Positions 58,557 to 64,000 of a stretch of DNA of 64,000 nucleotides are shown piece after piece. Source of the DNA: Hyphomonadaceae bacterium. GTDB taxonomy: Bacteria; Pseudomonadota; Alphaproteobacteria; Caulobacterales; Maricaulaceae. The stretch is from contig JABDMW010000017.1 in NCBI GenBank assembly GCA_013001295.1, forward strand, positions 16,788 through 80,787. The letters run 5' to 3'. The notes under the pieces are model-generated. The model saw nothing but the letters and a program-made list of their open reading frames with translations, had not been told where the DNA came from and did no database searches. The first letter of the stretch is position 1; each line of letters begins with the position of its first letter. Position numbers and translations under genes: made by a program.

Positions 58557-59830
58557 CAGGCTTCAATCTTTATCAGTCCGCCCATATAGGGGACTAGTGC
58601 GGCCGGGATATTGATTGAGCCGTCTGCATTTTGATTGTTCTCGAGTATGGCTACCAATGTTCGACCAACGGCCAAGCCAGATCCGTTGAGTGTATGCACA
58701 AATCGGTTGTCTTTTTCGCCAGCTTTATAACGCGCATTCATGCGTCGGGCTTGGAAGTCCCCGCAATTGGAAATACTGGAGATTTCCCTATACGTGTCTT
58801 GAGAAGGCAACCAGACTTCAAGATCATAGGTTTTACGGGCCCCGAATCCCAAATCACCCGTACACAATTCGACGACGCGGTAGGGCAGATCCAGACGCTT
58901 GAGGATTTCTTCCGCACATTCGCGCATACGCTCGTGTTCGGCCTCGCTGTCTTCGGGCTTGGTGATCGAGACCAGCTCAACTTTGTTGAATTGATGCTGA
59001 CGGATCATGCCTTTGGTATCGCGACCGGCACTGCCCGCTTCTGACCGGAAACACGGAGTGTGGGCCGTATAGCGACGCGGCAGGCTTTCGGCGTCTAAAA
59101 TGCTCTCGCGCACCATATTGGTCAGGGAGACTTCGGATGTCGGGATCAGATAATGTTCGCCGGTTGTTTTAAACGCATCTTCCTCGAACTTGGGCAGCTG
59201 ACCGGTTCCATACATAGCCGGCGCTTTCACCATAAATGGCGGCACATGCTCCGTATATCCGTGCTCTTCAGTTTGAATATCGAGCATGAAGGCGGCCAAT
59301 GCCCGATCCAATCGGGCGAGTTTTCCGGAAAGCACGACGAACCTTGAACCGGACATTTTGGCGGCCGTTTCAAAATCCATCATACCCAGAGATTCACCGA
59401 GATCATCATGGGCCTTTGGTTCAAAATCAAACGTATCCGGCGTGCCTTCTTTGCGAATTTCGACATTTTCTTCTTCACCCGCGCCGTCCGGCACGCTGTC
59501 AAATGGAAGATTGGGGAGGCCCGCCAGAAGATCATTAAACACAGCCTTCTCAGACTCGATCTGTACCTGCATGGCTGCGATGACGTTTTTCGCCCCTGCA
59601 ACTTCGGTTTTTAGGCGCTCGGCCTCTTCCTTGTCGCCTTTGCCCATCGCCGCACCGATTTGCTTGGAGGCTTTATTGCGTGCCTGCTCGGCTTCCTGTT
59701 GAACCTTCAGCGCTTTACGGATCAGAACATCCTTGTCCAGAATGGCTTTAGTTTGTGGCTCCAGCCCTCTTTTCGCCCAGGCGGCATCGAAGATTTCAGG
59801 GTTTTCGCGGATAGCTTTTATGTCATGCAT
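58556..59830 (-). CDS. serS: Serine--tRNA ligase
   Basis: [12 protein letters not shown] start, an N-terminal coiled coil, and class II motifs ([16 protein letters not shown]). Confidence 0.95.
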   Translation of the reverse strand: MHDIKAIRENPEIFDAAWAKRGLEPQTKAILDKDVLIRKALKVQQEAEQARNKASKQIGAAMGKGDKEEAERLKTEVAGAKNVIAAMQVQIESEKAVFNDLLAGLPNLPFDSVPDGAGEEENVEIRKEGTPDTFDFEPKAHDDLGESLGMMDFETAAKMSGSRFVVLSGKLARLDRALAAFMLDIQTEEHGYTEHVPPFMVKAPAMYGTGQLPKFEEDAFKTTGEHYLIPTSEVSLTNMVRESILDAESLPRRYTAHTPCFRSEAGSAGRDTKGMIRQHQFNKVELVSITKPEDSEAEHERMRECAEEILKRLDLPYRVVELCTGDLGFGARKTYDLEVWLPSQDTYREISSISNCGDFQARRMNARYKAGEKDNRFVHTLNGSGLAVGRTLVAILENNQNADGSINIPAALVPYMGGLIKIEA

Positions 59831-60000
59831 GATGGACTCGTTCTTAAACTCGCTCCGCTATAGACCCATGCAGCCCGACCTTCAACAAATGTATTCGTTT
59901 GTTGATGCGATAAATTTGATGATCAGCCTATTTCGGGATCACCGGACAAATTTTATACCTCTCCCCACGGGAGAAGCTAAGATATTCAATTAGCCAATTC

Positions 60001-61128
60001 TTACTGCCCTCTTTTCGTCACCAGATAGGTGGCGAAGCTGGCGAGCCAGTGGGAACCACTATAGTGCTCATCGCTGACGGAGGCAATTCCGACCTGTTTA
60101 TGGAGATCTGCTGATGCCAGCAATGCAGGTATTCGTGGGTCATTTTCCGGCAGGCTCGCGGCCAAATTTTCGAGATTCCAGGCGCGGGATAAATTGACAC
60201 CGTCCAAATGAACAAGCTTCCCGTCCGTAGCGTCTTTGACGACACCCGGTTCCAACCAATCACCCGATCCATCGGTCGGAAGTTTCGGCAAAAATGTGGT
60301 CAGCCATTTCGCGAATTCGTCTTTGGGCAGAACCCTGCGCATCAAATCGGCTTCCATCAAGCACGGAGACAGGAAATCCTCACCACTTGGCTCATACGCA
60401 AGCGGGCAGTTTTTATCAGCTATATGATAGTCTTTTGAACGGCTTATGATCAACTCTTCCATTTCCTGATCACCCGCAATCCGAGCCCAATCAAGCATGA
60501 GACCAAACGCAAAAGCCGACTGGTTATGCGTACCGAGACGGATCGGATAGGCCAGCTTGGGCATCCAGGTTTTCAACCGCGCGGCAATTGTATCTTCCAG
60601 CGGTTTGAGTGTTTCCAACCAGACCTTGGCTTGGGGGTCATCCCACTCCCTCAGTTCCGCCGTCAATTGCAACAACCAGGCCAATCCATAAGGTCGTTCA
60701 TAGGACCCGCGGTTGGGATTGGCGAAATACTCAACCTCGACCGCAATGTTCTCGGACGTGAAACTTTTATCCAATTTTTCAATTGCTTCAGCGCGCCAAT
60801 TCGCGTCCTTATCACCCACATTAAGCAGACGAACCAGCAACCAATGCCCGTGAACCGAGGAATGCCAATCGAAACATCCATAAAATGTTGGATGCAGTTG
60901 CGAGGGTGTTTTAGCATCCGCATCTGAACTCATGGTATGGGCAATTTTATTGGGGTATTCCCGATGCACACACGAAAGTGCCAAAGCGGAAAAGCGATCG
61001 GCTAACGCTGGATCAATTGTGACAGGCTTTTTCATTTCTACATCCAATTTTATAGGCTCGCCTTTCTGGCTGCCACACGCGGCTAAAACCCCGACCATCA
61101 CGCTTGTCAAAAGATATTTGTATCGCAT
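60001..61128 (-). CDS. DUF2891-like lipoprotein (hypothetical)
   Basis: Lipobox LAAC|G and an all-helical (alpha/alpha toroid-like) pattern with FYGCFDWHSSVHGHW. The family name is recalled, not verified. Confidence 0.5.
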   Translation of the reverse strand: MRYKYLLTSVMVGVLAACGSQKGEPIKLDVEMKKPVTIDPALADRFSALALSCVHREYPNKIAHTMSSDADAKTPSQLHPTFYGCFDWHSSVHGHWLLVRLLNVGDKDANWRAEAIEKLDKSFTSENIAVEVEYFANPNRGSYERPYGLAWLLQLTAELREWDDPQAKVWLETLKPLEDTIAARLKTWMPKLAYPIRLGTHNQSAFAFGLMLDWARIAGDQEMEELIISRSKDYHIADKNCPLAYEPSGEDFLSPCLMEADLMRRVLPKDEFAKWLTTFLPKLPTDGSGDWLEPGVVKDATDGKLVHLDGVNLSRAWNLENLAASLPENDPRIPALLASADLHKQVGIASVSDEHYSGSHWLASFATYLVTKRGQ

Positions 61129-61195
61129 GCTTTATTCCCCATTCCTGATCGGTTCTAAGGGAATGTTACGATAATCAGAAGTGAATTTCGAATAA

Positions 61196-61966
61196 TTAGT
61201 CGTCTTTCATGAGGTCTTTGATTTTCTCAAGACTTGGACTTGGGTCCATTTTATAGGTTCCCCCCTCAATACGAAGGCTATCCGCACCGATTTCCTGCAA
61301 TTGATCGATTTTAACAAAATGCATATTTTCAAGGTGTTCCAGCGTCAAACCGTCGACCTTTTCATCACCCTTATATGCTGCGATTTGAGGCGCCACATCG
61401 ATGGTTTCGCCGTTTTCGTCAAGATATTCGATAAGCACATGATCAAATTTCGGGATCATCAACCTTACAGGTGCAGGAACCAGTTTCTTGATATGAGCGC
61501 GGCCGTCCTTGAGGCCATCGCGAAGTTCAGCGATTTCGTGCCGACCGGATTTGTTTTTATATGAAATATCGAAATCCATGCTCATGCTCATGGTCTTTTC
61601 ACCTTCAGTAGCACCAGTGAGAGTTTTGTCCTGCACGCAAAAATCGCTGGATTTGTCGAGCCCCTTTAAAACCTCAAGTCCGGATACGCGCCCGTTTTTA
61701 TCGATCGGCAAATCCGTTTCTGTTGATCCGGCACGGACGAATAAACGCTTGGGCAGCTCATATCCTTCGGCGGCGGAAATCCGCATATTGGGAAAAGCGG
61801 CCACGGTATCGGTTTGCGACGATTTCATAGAGCTCATCTTCGTGATTACTTTGATCAAATCCTTGGCGGGTTTGCATTTTATGCCGCTGGCTTGGCTTAC
61901 ATCATCATCGGCATATGCGACCGAGCTCGCCAATAGTGTCAAAACCACTAGAGATAATCGTTTCAT
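61196..61966 (-). CDS. Secreted hypothetical protein
   Basis: Signal peptide MKRLSLVVLTLLASSVAYA|DD. I recognised no motif. Confidence 0.5.
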   Translation of the reverse strand: MKRLSLVVLTLLASSVAYADDDVSQASGIKCKPAKDLIKVITKMSSMKSSQTDTVAAFPNMRISAAEGYELPKRLFVRAGSTETDLPIDKNGRVSGLEVLKGLDKSSDFCVQDKTLTGATEGEKTMSMSMDFDISYKNKSGRHEIAELRDGLKDGRAHIKKLVPAPVRLMIPKFDHVLIEYLDENGETIDVAPQIAAYKGDEKVDGLTLEHLENMHFVKIDQLQEIGADSLRIEGGTYKMDPSPSLEKIKDLMKDD

Positions 61967-62234
61967 ATTGAACCCTCAAAAATCTTTATACAGCTAATCC
62001 CATAGATCGAATGTCCACCAGTGAAAGATTTGTAATTCTGCAGTCGATTTTACCCCTCGACGCGGAAAGTATTTAGACCTTAATTGGTTATATCAATGGA
62101 TTAATCCGTGCTTCAAAGGGCATTCAGCAGGATTTGCTTTTGGCGTTGAGAGGAACATTAGCGAGTGTCTTACTTGGAGCGATTTTAAGCCGCTCAGATT
62201 TGTCATTGTTTTAGTAGCAAAAGAGTACGCCAAA

Positions 62235-62672
62235 TCATTGATACATTTCCAAGAACGTTTTTACAGCTATCAATATTTCCCCATCAACTTCATCTTTGTC
62301 CATCTCGTTTTTTTCACTCAGGCGCTTTTCTGCTTGTTTCGCGATATTACAAATGGAGATTGTTGTACCCTTATTCTGTTTCCAATACTCCTCAGGTGTC
62401 CGAGTCAAAATATTGAACAAGAGATCTCCTTCATACATATTACCCTCAGCGAGCGGGTTTTCTTCAAGTTTATCAATCGCTAAAGGGACTAAGTACTGGA
62501 GACTCATCCGTTGCCCAATTGCCATTCTGAGATGTTCAGTCGTTAATTGATTTAATGGAATTGTTCGAATTTTATACATGGTAGTCACGAGATGAGAAGG
62601 ATAGTTGGGTGCACCCCAATATTCATTTTCTAGCTTTTCAAGTGTATGCATTTTAACAGACTTCATGTTCAT
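62235..62672 (-). CDS. CdiI-like (contact-dependent growth inhibition system) immunity protein, orphan
   Basis: The pattern LE.LENEYWG.P.YPSHLV......R..PL..L..E.LR..IGQ...L.YL.PLAI..LE.NPLAEG..YEGDLL..IL.....YW matches my memory of this immunity family. AT-rich gene (~39% GC in a hand-counted 100 nt). Confidence 0.55.
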   Translation of the reverse strand: MNMKSVKMHTLEKLENEYWGAPNYPSHLVTTMYKIRTIPLNQLTTEHLRMAIGQRMSLQYLVPLAIDKLEENPLAEGNMYEGDLLFNILTRTPEEYWKQNKGTTISICNIAKQAEKRLSEKNEMDKDEVDGEILIAVKTFLEMYQ

Positions 62673-62922
62673 AAGCTAAACGCGATAAAATCAATGTCAA
62701 TTTGAGCTTGACCTTCAAGAAAACTTGTAAAACTGCGAGCGGCCGTTTTTGGGCGTTTTAGGACACTCGCTTGATGTCCTCATCTGACCAGATGTAGTCC
62801 CAATGTGAAATTCCTAATAATGCTCAACAACCGACGATCTTTTGAAATCTCTATACCCAAATTCAACCCCCGCAATATTCCCTCTCGACGCGGGAATTAA
62901 TTGCGCATATAGAAAGCGGGTT

Positions 62923-63105
62923 ATGAAAATGATCGTTACACGCAATAATTTTGCTAAACTCGTCGCAGCCTCATTGATTGGCGCGTTCGCGCTGGGCGCT
63001 TGCGGCATCAAGGGCGATCTGCAGACCCCACCGCCACTTTGGGGCGATAAAGATCAAAAAGCGGAAAAAAAACCGACTTCTGATAAACAGGAGAGCGATA
63101 ACTAG
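62923..63105 (+). CDS. lptM: LptM (YifL)-like small lipoprotein upstream of lysA
   Basis: MKMIVTRNNFAKLVAASLIGAFALGACGIKGDLQTPPP has lipobox LGA|C followed by G.KG.L..P. The tail is low-complexity and charged. The position directly upstream of lysA is conserved. Confidence 0.6.
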   Translation: MKMIVTRNNFAKLVAASLIGAFALGACGIKGDLQTPPPLWGDKDQKAEKKPTSDKQESDN

Positions 63106-63171
63106 TCTTCACTATTTATTGCTCGCCAAAAACCCAAAACCACCCCCTGTTTCCTTATATTCGGTAGTACA

Positions 63172-64000
63172 ATGCGACACTTTCATTATCAAAACGGTCA
63201 AATGATGGCCGAGAATGTTCCTCTCACAACAATAGCAGATGCAGTGGGCACGCCTGCCTATGTTTATTCTTCCGCCACATTAAAACGTCATTACGAGGTT
63301 TTTGAACAAGGCCTGTCTGGCATGGACTCACTGATCGCCTATTCCGTCAAGGCGAACTCCAATATTGCTGTCTTGGCTGTGCTGGCTAAGCTCGGCGCAG
63401 GCGCGGACGTGGTCAGCGGCGGTGAACTTGTCCGTGCACTCAAAGCCGGAATACCGGCCAACAAAATCGTCTTTTCCGGAGTTGGAAAGACTAGAGACGA
63501 AATGCGCGCGGCGCTCGAGGCCGGCATTTACCAGTTCAATGTCGAGTCTCTCCCCGAACTGCACGCACTCAATGAATGTGCGGTGGCCATAAAAACGAAA
63601 GCGCGCATCGCTTTCAGGATCAATCCCGATATCTCGGCCGGCGGTCATGCCAAAATTTCGACTGGAAAGGCCGAAAACAAGTTCGGTATCGATATCACAA
63701 CCGCAATCGATGCTTATGCAGAAGCAGCGCAGCTCCCGGGCATATTGGTCGCCGGGATCGACATGCATATTGGGTCTCAAATCGTTGAGCTCGCGCCCTT
63801 TGCTGCAGCTATAGACAAAGGGTTGGAGCTGATTAAAAATCTGCGCGCTGAGGGTCATGACATCAGCAATTTTGATATAGGCGGCGGGCTCGGCATTCCC
63901 TATGTTGAGGATGCAGATGCCCCGCCCTTGCCCATAGAGTATGGCCGCATGATCGCGGAGAAAGTCCAGGGGCATAACTTAAAAATGATATTCGAGCCCG
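63172..64000 (+). CDS. lysA: Diaminopimelate decarboxylase (partial, 3' end beyond the window)
   Basis: Absent from the track because it is open to the window edge. Translation is MRHFHYQNGQMMAENVPLTTIADAVGTPAYVYSSATLKRHYEVFEQGL...AYSVKANSNIAVLAVLAKLGAGADVVSGGEL...FSGVGKT, containing the PLP-lysine motif YSVKAN. Confidence 0.9.
   Translation, partial: MRHFHYQNGQMMAENVPLTTIADAVGTPAYVYSSATLKRHYEVFEQGLSGMDSLIAYSVKANSNIAVLAVLAKLGAGADVVSGGELVRALKAGIPANKIVFSGVGKTRDEMRAALEAGIYQFNVESLPELHALNECAVAIKTKARIAFRINPDISAGGHAKISTGKAENKFGIDITTAIDAYAEAAQLPGILVAGIDMHIGSQIVELAPFAAAIDKGLELIKNLRAEGHDISNFDIGGGLGIPYVEDADAPPLPIEYGRMIAEKVQGHNLKMIFEP

Noticed and set aside
59960-59974. Hairpin TCTCCC-cac-GGGAGA downstream of the DUF2891-like gene and upstream of serS.
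   Set aside because: It has a 6-bp stem and a 3-nt loop with no proper T-run on the relevant strand, so the signal is weak. I found no T-box-like or other leader features upstream of serS.
62814-63011. 65-aa minus-strand ORF overlapping the lptM-like gene. I also translated 62673-62830 on the minus strand looking for a CdiA-CT toxin remnant upstream of the immunity gene.
   Set aside because: The ORF is antisense to a well-formed lipoprotein gene. The best in-frame remnant upstream of the immunity gene is only about 21 codons (…HWDYIWSDEDIKRVS*), too short to support any toxin call.
63328-63975. 215-aa minus-strand ORF near the window end.
   Set aside because: It is the shadow of lysA. The plus strand translates to a clean diaminopimelate decarboxylase N-terminus with the YSVKAN PLP motif.
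1-64000. Window-wide scan for CRISPR arrays, IS elements, transposases, integrases, phage genes, toxin-antitoxin pairs and known defence systems.
   Set aside because: I saw no regularly spaced direct repeats, no DDE or tyrosine-recombinase motifs and no recognisable defence-gene signatures. The only accessory-looking DNA is the two AT-rich islets reported as findings.

Overview
This window looks like a chromosomal, mostly housekeeping stretch from an alphaproteobacterium, roughly 50% GC by eye. The taxon call rests on three things: a GTTC-N7-GTTC SOS box between ssb and uvrA, a tRNA-His with no encoded G-1, and conserved neighbourhoods (yfgM-bamB-der, cvpA-purF, queA-tgt, yajC-secDF, serS-surE-pcm, lptM-lysA). 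A marine Hyphomonadaceae-like lineage is only a guess. I can support about 57 protein genes, including three the ORF track missed: an edge-truncated GH16 glucanase, a 49-aa entericidin-like lipoprotein and an edge-truncated lysA. I also support two tRNAs (His-GUG, Lys-UUU), five rho-independent terminators and one LexA operator. I saw no rRNA, CRISPR array, transposase, integrase, prophage or recognisable defence system. The most unusual locus is an AT-rich three-gene insertion (about 28.7-31.6 kb, 35-46% GC in hand-counted 100-nt samples versus about 50% in flanking astB). It splits the arginine succinyltransferase (AST) operon between astA and astD. It encodes a 68-aa two-helix peptide with a YVDPGSGS motif, a short P1-less YidC/Oxa1-type insertase paralog whose groove arginine appears replaced, and a polytopic sulfatase-superfamily membrane enzyme with a degenerate S-x-P-x-T site. 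This may be an uncharacterised envelope-modification or dedicated-insertase module. Secondary items are an orphan CdiI-like immunity gene in a second AT-rich islet upstream of lptM-lysA, an OmpA-family protein with four tandem CWDGS...CP cysteine repeats, an M20 hydrolase where AstE would be expected, and an AsmA-family protein with four ~75-aa internal repeats. All family names come from motif recognition by eye; no searches were run.
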